Source: Phoronis australis (Eukaryota; Animalia; Phoronida). From it: a stretch of DNA of 57,208 nucleotides. The stretch is from assembly GCA_002633005.1 (NCBI GenBank), contig NMRA01000390.1, positions 1 to 57,208 on the forward strand. The letters run 5' to 3'. This document shows positions 25,101-36,626 of the stretch, piece by piece (within the stretch, counting starts at the first letter, position 1; every line of letters begins with the position of its first letter). Made by a program: the position numbers and the translations under genes. The notes under the pieces are model-generated. The model searched no databases. It was not told where the DNA came from and worked only from the letters and a program-made list of their open reading frames with translations.

Positions 25101-28100
25101 GTGGCGTGACTCATACCCAGATGTGCACTATATGGTTTCACGAAACTTATGTACCAAGTTCATGTGACGAAATCGAGAAGGGTTTTTGATTATCTTAAGA
25201 AAAACTCCAGAGACATGTTAAGTGCCAGAAACTTACCAGGATGTATGGAAATTGTACTATTTGGCTACAAAAACAAAAAATATCTTACACGGGAGGGGAA
25301 ACCCCCCTTACGACCTCCCCTGCTCGGCGCCACGCGCCTAGGATTCTACCTTGGCGGGAATCCTAAAACCCCCTTGCTGAAAACGTAGATCCGCCACTGC
25401 ATTAAACCTTTATTCAGGTTTTATGGTTTTCATGTCCCAAAAAGAAAATAAAAACACAGAGCCTGGATGCTTTCAAGCCCTTTGTTTAGATATGGTCTAA
25501 TAATAAACAGTAATTACTCTCCCTACGTGATCTAGTAAATACAGGTACTCTATTGATGAATAGCCCGCCCTCTAGTGAGACCGGGATGTGGATGGAACCA
25601 GTGGGGCAGTCCACGTGACATTCGAAAAATTCAACAGATTTTTCCAAATTGGTTCTTATCTCGTTTAAAGGTGATGTTTACAGCATCGTCACATTTAATA
25701 AAGAATGCAGATAATACATATCGTTTGTTTGTAATATTATTCAGTACATGATGAATTATTTTAAGTATGCTAGGAGCGGCAGACTATAATACCGGGAGAC
25801 AAGTGTACAGTCTGCAGGATGAGCTGATAAAGGTGCTGATGATACGGAGTGGACATCAACGCTAAGTAACAAATTGTATTGTAGAGGAGGCAAATCTGCG
25901 CCTTTATTTAGAGGGCCAGGCTTCGTTGCTAAGTTACACGAAGTCAAGATGACCAATCACGATTCAGGGTAGATCGGTTTATATCTGTTTCTTAGAAGTT
26001 ACAAATCTAAGCCATTTCGTTTGTATAGTGGAATTGCCTGAGAACAGTGGAAAAAAAACAACTGTGTAGACTTAACCTTTTCCAAAATATGAAAAGTAAA
26101 TTTTCACCAAAAACTGATAGTCAATTGGAAACAAGGGGTTGTGTTCATTATAATGTCTCTGAATGATACTAAAATGATTGAAATTGGGTATACACCTTGT
26201 TGCCACTGCCAGAGGAGAGGTTACTGCTTTTAAAATTATACTTAGGATTTGCCCGTTAGTTCTTGGACCATTCACCTCGTCATAGGACAGACCATACTCT
26301 TCGTCAAAACGGAAGACACGGACGCTTGAAGGATGTATGTTGTCGTTTAAGTGGTGCCCAGTTGCCACAAATCTACAAAAAAAAACAGAGCATGACATTG
26401 ACACTTAGACAATTACGTTCTATGCAAAAAAATCAGTTTAGTTCCACAATTTGTGTTAGGTATAAATTTACACGTTAGGTGACATTCACTAATAACTAAA
26501 TATGTTTTTCTTTTTACCTATCGTACGCACAGTCGGTATTTCCCGAAACAGTTGTGTCTGCATCATCGTCTATTAACCAGTGAAAACCTTCGTCTGTTTT
26601 AAGACCGATGTGTTTCCAGTCAGATGATCCAACGTAGGAGCAGTCGGCATTCAGGTCTCCCAGAATCATAATGTCTTCCATGCGCCATATTTGTTTTGTG
26701 GTGTCATGTACGTCCACGAGGTGGTCGATTTCTGCGACGGCATCTGACGGTTTAACGTGAATGGCGACCAACGCTACATCGGAGACCACTAAAGAACATG
26801 TAACGAGTTGGACAGTGGAATGTGTGGTAAAAAGTAGCAAGGCCAAATTTACGTAATATTTTCTATAACTTTTAGACAAAAAGTGGAGTGCCACTCAATG
26901 ATATTCTCGTTTTCCCAGCCGTGTATACCTCGTTAACAGTCTTTCAGTCAAAAATGCAGATTTGAAAACCAGTGACGCTTGTAATGCACTCTAGTTAATT
27001 TATGGAATGGTTGGAGTTTGATCCCCACTGTAACTGAGTAAAGCAATCAAGATCGTTGTATTAGACAAATTTCCGGCCCTCAAACCTACGTTTGTTCATA
27101 TAGTTTAGGACCGTATTTTTGCCGCGGACAATGCACAGACACAGGTTCGAAAAACAAAAATAAACCCGAGTTGGGTAGGGCTTGAATCAACAAGTCTGTG
27201 TACTTAGACGAATGTATGAAAAGCTATAGATTTTGACTGACTCAGCAAAATATAGATTTTATGAAAGTAGAAGGCGCGCAAAATTGGATTTTGCCTTATA
27301 TCGATTTGACATTTGTAAGATCACGTGAGCGTATCTTTTTAACAAGATTTTGTAAAAAAGAAAGGCACTTTGATAGAAATCCCATGGCATTGACAACATG
27401 ACCAAATTTCATCTAATACAAATGTTCAAGATAAACTCTCAAAAATTTTGTAAACAGTTTTCTTAATTTTTGTTCCATTTTAGTTTGATTTTTCATCCTG
27501 TGTTTGATAGCCCCTCATAGAAAGTGGAGCATTTTGAGAATACCTCCTACCGGAATTTTGGAGAACAATGCATAAATATAGATTATACCACGATATTAGG
27601 CTCAAATGGCAGATACAACCGTGTAATAACCCATAAAGTTGTCTCACTAGTCGAGATAACATTTTGGCGGGAAACCGAGGCCGGATTCGAACCAGAGCCT
27701 CAAGAGTTTCGAGTCGCCGACTTTACCACTACACCACTCAGCAGCTGACGTCATCGAACTTGAAAATACAATACTTAAATGAGCACGCGCAACAATCGCA
27801 TGTTCAGCGAAGGTCATTGCACCGACGTTTATACGCTATGAAAAATAAGACGCATAATTTGCATAAAAACGATATCGCCATGTAAATATAGATTATTACA
27901 TGGCGAAGTCGTTATCCCCCGTTATCTAGAGTCCGAGTGGATTTTGGAGAATTATCGCCCGAGGGGCGTTAGCCCCGAGGGTGATAACTCTCCAAAATCC
28001 TCGAGAGCTCTAGATAAGGGGGATAACGGCTGAGAACATGTAATAATCTATTTATACCACATACTAAACGAGAAACATTGCAATGAATGGATTTACCTTT

Positions 28101-31100
28101 TCTGACTCTCCACGGCTTTGTAACTACTTTCTATGTCAGAGGCCCCGGCGAGGTCGGAGGTCGTGACCTTTTAAGAAAAGCCGAGCTATTTTTGTCAAAT
28201 AGTGCTTTTACTCAAAACCAATTGAAAAATCAAAACAAAATAGAAATAAAATGAATCTAGCAACAATTATAGCTTACTACACAATTTATCACGCTAAGCT
28301 TCGACCGGGAAAATATCGTATGCTAAAGTAGGTTACCACATGTAACTGACTATAATGCTCAAGTCAAAGGATCCCGACGACACGATACCCGCATTCAAAT
28401 TGGATATCGGTGATTTACAAGTGAGAGAACACGAGAGAAAAATTTCACTGAATTAAAATATAGTTTTCATGGAAATTATGCGCCTTATTTTTCATAGTGT
28501 ATAAATGTCGGTGCAATGCCCTTTGCTGTACATGCGATTGTTGAGCGTGCTCATTATATTAAGTATTATATTTTCACGTATGATGACGTCAGCCGCTGAG
28601 TGGGGCAGTGGTGAAGTCGGTGACTCGAAACTTTTGAGGCCCGGGTTCGAATCCGGCCTCGGTTTCCCGCCAAAATGATATCTCACCAGTCAGATAATTT
28701 TATGGGTTATGACACGGTTGTATCTGCCATTCGAGGCTAATATTGTGGTATAATATGTTTTATACCACAATATTAGCGTCAAATGGCAGATACAACCGTG
28801 TAATAACCCATAAAGTTATCTCACTAGTGAGATAACGATTTGGCGGGAAACCGAGGACGGAGTCGAACCCGGGACCCTGGCATTGCTGGTCGCCGATTTT
28901 ACCACTACACCATGTAGCAACGGACGTCATCAAGAGTGAAAATACAATACTTAAATGAGCACGCGCAATAATCGCATGTTCATTAAACCGCATTGTACTG
29001 CATTCATACGCTACAAAAAATAAGACACATAATTTCCATAAAAATGATATCTTAATTCAGTGAAATTTTTCTCTCATGTCCTCTTACTAGTAAATCACCG
29101 ATCTCCAGTTTGAATGCGGGTATCGTGTAGTCACGATCTTTGACTTGAGAATTATATTCAGTTACCAGTGGTAACCTACTTTAGCAGACGATAATTTCCC
29201 GGTCGAAGCTTAGCGTGAAAAAAAAACGTGTTTTAAGCTATAATAGTTGGTAAACCTTAATTTATAAATTCAGTTTATTTCTTTTATATTTAAGTTTTCA
29301 ATTGGTTTTGAGTAAAAGCATTATTTAATAAAAATAGCCCGGCTTTTCTTAAAATGTCACGACCTCCCACCCCGAGCCTCTGACATAGAAAGTAGTTACA
29401 AAGCCGTGGAGAGTCAGTAAAGGTAAATCGATTCATTGCAATGTTTCTCGTTTAGTATGCGGTATAAATAGATTATTACATGTTCTCAACCGTTATCCCC
29501 CTTATCTAGAGCCCTCGTGGATTTTGGAGAAATCTCCAAAATCCACTCGGGCTCTAGAGAACGGGGGATGACGATTTCGCCATGTAATGATCTATATGTA
29601 TCTGACAGTTTCGTGTTAATCCTGTCCGTCATTTCTAAGATGTGATGTTCATAGGTTTGCCAGATTTGGAAATTTTTATGGTCTTTCATGACCTGAACAC
29701 TCAGACGTTGACCTAATTGTAATGTTGGTTGATTTTTGGATGAAACAACAATCACGTGGTTTTACTGCGTCACTACCGGTGTATTCGAAGGATTGGGGGA
29801 GATTGAAGGCAATGCATCTTGACAGAGTTACAATAGCGCAAGTATACTGAAAGGTGTTTGTGCCTCATTCGAAACTAAGCAACAGTTATTTCTTTATTCA
29901 CGGCAGCAAGAATAAAGATTAGTGAAAAAAAAACTAAATGTGCTCACTCTAGACGATAGACGAAATTTTCTTCACCAGTCCGTGTAATCTTACCATTGTA
30001 AGGAAGATGGAATCGTACAACGTAAGGTTCTCTCTCGAACGTATCCTCGCCTTCACTCTCGTCACCATCGTCATATTCATACGTGTCTTGAACTCTGATT
30101 CCAGAACTCGCTCTGAGGAACAATGGTACCGTGTCAAAGATGTGTAAGGGGGTTGCATAGTTATGGTGGACATCCCTGTTATGCTGGACACCACTGTTAT
30201 GGTGGACAATACTGCTGTGGTGGACACCACTGTTATGCTGCACACCACTGTTATGGTGGACACCACTGTTATATGTTGGACACCACTGCTATATGGTAGA
30301 CACCACTGTTATGTGTTGGACACCACTGTTATGGTGGACACCACTGTTATATGTTGGACACCACTGTTATATGGTAGACACCACTGTTATGTGTTGGACA
30401 CCACTGTTATGTGTTGGACACCACTGTTGTGGTGGACACCACTGTTATGGTGGACACCACTGTCAGTTATATGGTGGACACCACTGCTATGGTAGACATC
30501 ACTACCGATATACATATAGGCTAGAGGCCCACTTGATGTTTCGGGAACGAATAGCGAGTGTAGAATTGCACGGATGAGTTAAACATGCTAAATAAAACAA
30601 GAAAATTAGGAGACTCTTGCAATACATTCTTGTCTGGAGGCACCATCTCAGAGCCAAATTACAAGACAAAGTAATGTAGTGAAGTTAAACCTAGGTCCAA
30701 AATAGTATCGTCCTAAACAGGTAGTGCTGCTGTTAGGTAGAATTTTTTTCCACGAGAAGCGACATCTGCCGGAATATGGTCTTTCCTTATTACCTCCTCC
30801 GCGAGTAGTCCATATTTCAGCCCATATAGCCGTCTCACGACAAGAATTTTCCAAAATACGTTAATTTAGGAGTCTCAAGTCAAATATCAAAACGACAATC
30901 AGATATGGCATATTTCGAACTTAACGAAATAGGCACCCGTTTGCTAAAAGCGTACCAAACCCGGTTTTGCCCTATTAACAGACATTAAAAACAACCTTCC
31001 TATCCAGTTCTCTGAAACAAAGCAATGAACTATAACCCTCGACAACCCTCAAACGTTTTGAGGAAAATTTGAAAACTCCTCTCAAAGTCTGCTAAACGGG

Positions 31101-33058
31101 CAAGCGAATTACACAGCAACTCTGGAAAAGGGCAACCCTATCGTATTTGTGAAATAGAGGGCATGCATTCTTAGTTAACTCCTGCTTTTGTCTTTCAACA
31201 TTGACACCAATGATGCATTAACAGGTGACAGAACGAGGATTGGTTAAAATCATCAAAACAAGATTTAGTATCCTTTTAAGATGACAATGATCTAGTCCGT
31301 CAACTCACGGCTCAACCAATAGATGACGCTTCTGTCTCACAGATAGCAATTAGTAATTATGCAAGACCCTAGAAAAATGTCCAAATTTGGCCAACTTCGG
31401 AGCATCACAATAAAAGGCGATCGGATTCATATGAAACTCTCAAATACTATGTTTTACAAACTGCCATTCTAAACATTGTTAGGAACTGTTTGTAAAATGT
31501 TCCACTTTTACATGTGTGGTTATCAAAGTATAGGATTTTTATGATTTTCATAAAAAACTCAAAAGTCGAAGAAAACGATAACGAAATGACAGTTTGGAAA
31601 AGTGTCAGGGTGGTTTGAGATTTCATCTTGAATATTTATATAAAACAAAGTTTGGTCATGTTATTGGTACCGATTGCTATCAATACATGTATATATTTCT
31701 TTCTTTGCTAAATTTTACTAGAAAGACATAATCACGTGACCCAATTAATGATCAAGTTTCACAGGCTTTCTACCTGTAGAAAATATATAATTTTACTTAG
31801 TTAAAATCTATAGTTTTGCACAAAATCTTAAAATGAAGCTCATTGACGTGTTGATCGATTCAGTTTGGACAGCTATAAAACAGGTATACGTCAGAGACAT
31901 TGCTTGAAGTATTTCATGCATCTCATTAAGTGAAAACTGCAGATAACAAATCTTCCAAAAGTATTCATAATTTTTTAATTTAGTGGGAAAATTAGCTGCG
32001 AGTGTGTACCCACGAACGGTCATACATGACCTGGTGTGTCATGAAAATGAGGTCAAATGAATATTGCCGAGAACAGGTGCTAAAACTGAGTTTTGCCTGA
32101 GATGCTGCGAGTGTCTGGTTGTACGTTTACTCTGAGCCAGTATCGAATTGTAATGAATAGTAATACTTAGCTGATGAATGTTCTTCATGAAAAGAAAGCA
32201 TTTCAAAACTAACAAATAGCTTAGCTCTAACTTTCTGAATTAAGAGTGCGCATGTCAACGTAACAGTGATTCTCCACTTTTTTGTACATAAAGGCTAACT
32301 GTAAAACAATGCATTTAAAACGTCCAAGAAGTGAGCTTTTAGACTTCTTGCTGTTATAAAATTGGTCTTAACTTGTACCTTATTCATACAAGAAATGATT
32401 TCTGGGTTTACAAAGAACTGGCAATTCGTGATGGAGACAACGGTCTCAAGTAACAGCATCACGACGAGATGATGTCGACAAGTCTCAAGTAACAGCAACA
32501 TGGCACTGCTTTCCAAGACGTCACGTGATTAGGGAACAATTTGAGACCATTTTCATAACAGTTAGTGCTCTAAATCATATTTTTTCCGTGGTAGAAGGCG
32601 AATTTATATGCCATTTAGTATTGAAAAATACGCATGACGTTAGAAAAAAAGGAAATTAGTGGACATAGAATTACATCCATTTTAAGATAAGGTGATTGAA
32701 AAATGCTTACAATTGATCAGCACGTGACAGATTAGGTGAAGCAGAGGACAGTTTTACAGCTTAAGTTCCACCTGAGCAGATTTTCGGTGGGCTAATATTC
32801 GTCAAAATATTGAACTCAATTTTTGTGTATACTAAAACGCTCACCTGTAGATGAAGGCATACTGTTCCTTATAAGACGTCCTGCCCACCCTGCTACCCAT
32901 GGTTAATTCGTACCTGTCGTCGTTTGCGACAGTTCTGTAAGGTGAAACATAGCACGTATTGCTTTAAACCAAGTCTGAACTTTAACAGTGCGAATAATTT
33001 TCAAAGAAAAATCGGCATGAGTAGTCACAGCAAAACCGACATAGTTGGCTATGATTAA

Positions 33059-33100
<42 letters not shown>

Positions 33101-34507
33101 GAGGGATGTATTGTATACTTGAGCAGGTACAGATCTGGTGTAAAGATGAAAATCTGTTATCAATTAGGTCATTAAGCAATGTGGCACACCAAAAAATTGC
33201 ATAAGATATCTGTGCACGGAATAAATGTATTACAATATTAATATATAAATTAATAACGTTACCTCTGATCAGAATTCACTTCGTCTACTAGCTCTCGAAT
33301 GGCGGTTTCAGTGGAATCTCGAATTTCTTGAATAAGTAGTATGTCATATCGCCGCACAATCTCAAATATACCACATGAACAAAACATGAGATAACTATAC
33401 AGTACACTGCAAATGTATTCACATTTCAAACCAAAATTTACAGAACTCCCAAAACATCCGGACAGAAGCCTTTAAATGAAAAATAACCGTAGTTATAACT
33501 CTGCTAAAGAAGAACACAATAGTATTGTCCAAGGTACAAGACAAAGCTATGAAGGAAGTCACGTACAGTGAGGTAAAGGTCGAATTCAATAACTGTCTCT
33601 TGGCGAGAAAATCCAGCCAAAATCACGTGTCTCGCGTAACATCGCAAGAACTTGCTTTCACGGCGAGACACTAGCGCTACCGAACTCTATACAGGCTGTA
33701 CCATTCCATTTCAATCTCATAATGATTAAACCAAGTAGAAATCCACAGTTAATGTTGTGTTAGGACCATTGACAAGTCCATGTATTAAAACAAATATCAG
33801 CAAAACCATAAGTTTTGACTCAGTACAGCTGTATTAGTAAAAATATCTAAACTTAGAAAACCTGTAGAGTTTGATTTTTTACTTTTTATCAATCGTCAGT
33901 TGATTCATGTGATCCGCCTTTTCAATACATTTTAGTAAAAAATAAAAGTACATTGATAGCATAACAGAACATGACAAAATTTCGCTTCATAAAAATGTTC
34001 AAGACGAAATCTCAAAAACAGTATGAAAGTCTTTTTAATATCACTTCGTTTTCGTTTTATCCAGCTTTTGATTTTTTCCATTGAAATCATAAAAGTCCGA
34101 TTTCCTGATAGACCGTTATCAAACTTGGAATATTTTGAAAACAAATCCTATTAGCGTTTTGGAGCACAGTGACTAAAGCAAAGTATCTCAAAGTTTCATA
34201 CGAATCCGAACAACCATTTCTGAGATATGATGTTGCGAAGTTGGCCAAATTTGGAATTTTTTCTAGAATCCTAGATAGGCTTAACCTCAGATCAAAATAA
34301 TGCAACAAGTTCAATGTTGGAATGACGAAAATAAAATTACTATAATGATTTTACACTCACATCAACAAGAACTTCGACAACTTCTGGCTTTGACATTTTC
34401 GAGCGTCCAAACCATTTCACATTGAACGCTCCTATCTTCGTGCTTGACGAAACAGCAGTAAACGAGAAAACGAATAGCCAACACAGAGTGGACCAAACAA
34501 GCTTCAT
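22169..34507 (-). CDS. DNASE1: Deoxyribonuclease I family protein, 7 exons, 290 aa, secreted
   Basis: Exons 34507-34361 (signal peptide + KIGAFNVKWFG), 33360-33263 (RYDILLIQEIRD), 32934-32845 (GRTSYKEQYAFIY), 30112-29994 (DTFEREPYVVRF), 26788-26518 (AIHVKP..GDLNADCSY..TDCAYDR), 26372-26276, 22219-22169 (VSDHYPIVELELL*). All GT-AG, phase-compatible, catalytic residues present. The symbol denotes the family, not proven orthology. Confidence 0.95.
23029..23774. other. Assembly gap (746 N)
   Basis: Run of N. Confidence 1.
24120..24195. mobile_element. 76-bp miniature TIR element with 5-bp TSD
   Basis: CA(T)GGGCGGCGCAGCA...TGGTGCGCTACCTG flanked by TTTGA on both sides. Confidence 0.5.
24580..24862. 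repeat. Dispersed repeat, two local copies; also at 57000-57135
   Basis: TAAACATCATTCAACAAAGAATGGACTCACCGGAGAC(G/A)GCCCAAGAGTTGTTATCTCTGCGGCGAA at ~24585, ~24734 and ~57006. Confidence 0.85.
27573..27882 (-). mobile_element. Palindrome/tRNA repeat family, copy 1 (partial, tRNA end)
   Basis: Reverse complement of 28460-28753; bounded by the direct repeat TAAATATAGATTAT (27573, 27883). Confidence 0.85.
27673..27742 (-). ncRNA. tRNA-derived cassette (copy 1)
   Basis: rc GCTGAGTGGTGTAGTGG...GGTTCGAATCCGGCCTCGGTT. Confidence 0.55.
27883..28753 (+). mobile_element. Palindrome/tRNA repeat family, copy 2 (full length, Crypton-like non-autonomous)
   Basis: ~170-bp palindrome 27883-28056, internal TTATACCACA, tRNA-like cassette 28595-28664, terminal TGTGGTATAA. 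Superfamily assignment is inference. Confidence 0.8.
28595..28664 (+). ncRNA. tRNA-derived pseudo-tRNA cassette within the repeat
   Basis: A box TGGGGCAGTGG, B box GGTTCGAATCC, acceptor-like pairing GCTGAG/CTCGGT; anticodon stem does not pair. Confidence 0.6.
28760..29597 (-). mobile_element. Palindrome/tRNA repeat family, copy 3 (inverted, hairpin apex deleted)
   Basis: Reverse complement of copy 2, 6 bp away from it; its palindrome at 29465-29597 lacks the central CCCGAGGGGCGTTAGCCCCGAGGG. Confidence 0.85.
28849..28918 (-). ncRNA. tRNA-derived cassette (copy 3, variant anticodon arm)
   Basis: rc TGGTGTAGTGG...GGCGACCAGCAATGCC...GGTTCGACTCC. Confidence 0.55.
30160..30500. repeat. 18-20-bp minisatellite in DNase I intron 3
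   Basis: GGACACCACTGTTAT(GGT/ATGTT/GTGTT) repeated many times. Confidence 0.92.
31365..31800 (+). repeat. Dispersed repeat; inverted partner at 33850-34268
   Basis: CCAAATTTGGCCAACTTCG...TCGGATTC(A/G)TATGAAACT shared with the reverse complement of 34190-34260. Confidence 0.65.
33063..33097. repeat. (TG)17 microsatellite
   Basis: Perfect dinucleotide run. Confidence 0.98.
33850..34268 (-). repeat. Dispersed repeat; inverted partner of 31365-31800
   Basis: Diverged reverse-complement match to 31365-31800. Confidence 0.65.
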
Positions 34508-34769
34508 TGTTCTCGTTTGATAGTCTTCAGCACTGGCAATGTGTCACCGACTTCTAGCTATATAAATGTATATGTCTTTAGCAGGCGTGGTGATATCACT
34601 TCATATCAAGATAACGGAGCTTTATAAGTAAGTTCTCCTAACTTAAATAACCTCTTGAATACGCCGTAATTGCAACTTAGAGTAGTATATCAAAATCTCC
34701 AGCTGAAAACTTTCACACGTATGTAAACCACGATGCATTAGTCGAACGGAATATATCTTAGAGATGCAT

Positions 34770-35630
34770 TGATGTAATTTTACATCACATCACAAAGAAA
34801 TTATCAAAGAAAATCGGTGTCTAGGCAAATTTCTTAATGTCAATACTCTTAAGACACTTAGCCATTCTATTATTCAGCCACATATTGATTATTGTTTACA
34901 GGTTTGGGGGGCATACCAGTGACACACTTGTCAGCAAAGTCCAAGTAATCCAAAATAGAGCCGCCAGGGCTATCCTGGAACTAGAATTAGGGACACCAGG
35001 GTCGATGACTTGTATTCCAAGCTGGAATTTATGAAAGTGAAACAAAGAAATAAATATCTCTCTGCCTGTTGTATGTACAGATGTATCAATGGTTTGGCTC
35101 CAGCATATCTCAGCCGAAAATTCAATAGCAGTCAAGCTGTATATTCTACACGTTCTTCTGTTGCTGGAAATGTGTCTTTAAAAAAAATGAAACCGAGACC
35201 GGCAGGAGATCTTTTATCTATGCTGCTGCTACAATATGGAATTCTCTTAACCCAGAAATTAAACGGTCCGATTCAATTGATATTTTCAAACGTAATATTA
35301 AAAAGTGGCTGTAGTTTACCTAACCTTTTTTACCCTACCTGTCTCAATCATGTCATTCTTTCCATTATCGTAAATACTCTCACTGTAATCTCTTTATTTC
35401 TTTCATCTCTCTTAGTATATTTTCACCATTTTTCGTCATTTAATTTTTGTGTAATTCTCAACCTGTTTTAATTGTATCTTTTATGCATACTTAAATGTTG
35501 TTTTATTACTTAATTGTATTATATTACTATTTTTGTTGTACAGGGCCCTCTTGGAAAGCAGTGCTATCACTGAAGAGGCCACCCTCATTTTAAATATCAC
35601 CATAAATAAAATAAATAAAATAAAAATAAA
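34770..35630 (+). mobile_element. 5'-truncated L2/Crack-type LINE 3' end
   Basis: KKLSKKIG, IIQPHIDYC, KVQVIQNRAARAIL, MYRCINGLAPAYLS; 3' UTR stem CAGGGCCCTCTT...AAGAGGCCACCCT; AAAT/AAAAT tail. Confidence 0.85.
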
Positions 35631-36626
35631 CATGAAAACAATATTGTTAACACTAGTTTCGCTCAATGAACATTACATTTAAGAACGTTTCCCTTTAAAG
35701 CTGTTATTCGAACTGTTTAGCAGGTTAAAATGAAAATCGAATCAGGTCTTTTACAATTCGGTCTCGTAGTATTCTTCATCATGATAGGACTCTGTTTTCC
35801 TTATCAAAATCAAGACATAGGCAATGCATACGTAAGCCATTTTTAAATTCGCAATCTTGAGATTGGCCTATCCCACTAATTTCTGAAGCGTCTTCTTGGG
35901 TTGCTGACGCTTTCGATGTTTTATTGGCGATGGAAATAGAATTCTAATACAGTAAGGAATAATATGAAACTGATTTTATGAGAGCAAAATGTCTAATTCT
36001 ATTTTCGTTTTTAGCTGAACAGGGCAAAAAGCAGTTTTAAATTGTCCAGTTTCCACTTAGTGTAACCAGTTACTTTATCACCTACATGTATCGGATATCA
36101 TAAGAAATAACACTATAATAATCATTAATCAAATTGCGCTTATATTTCGTGTACAGCTTTGTGGTGTTTTTGGGTTGCACTAGCAGGCAAGAAGGGTTTA
36201 TACCTGAATAATATACATATATAACGCACACGGCAGACATGCTCTATTTTAATAATTTTGACTTATTTATTGGACCAGGAGATATAAACGTGATTAAAGG
36301 TTAAAGGTTAAAAATTATAACGATTTTTTCAAGGCTTCTCAATATTTTACGATCCCTCACGTCCATCTAAATTATAGACGCAATAAAATTTCTGACTCCA
36401 TTATACACTCAGATATATGCCGGTTTCACACAGTATCACATCTTATGATGGCTTGACTGAAGGGAATACCAAATGGGTCTCAGTTTCAACTACATGGTAT
36501 ATCGAAGAACTGTTTAAGAGGTTCATCACCACTTGGCAACTAGAGGAGAGCGTGACGCTACCTACACAGTCGTATTCAACAATTCCCCAGTGTTCACGAC
36601 TTGATTAATATATGCCTGCTGCAGGT

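Larger units (their letters stand above)
22987..25399. mobile_element. Non-autonomous TIR element with 5-bp TSD, spanning the gap
   Basis: CAGTGGCGGATCTACG...CGTAGATCCGCCACTG, flanked by CATTA (22982-22986, 25400-25404). Confidence 0.75.

Noticed and set aside
29949-30577. Repetitive ORFs (VHHNSG, WTPLL, MVDTTV)
   Set aside because: Translations of the intronic minisatellite; only 30112-29994 is a real exon.
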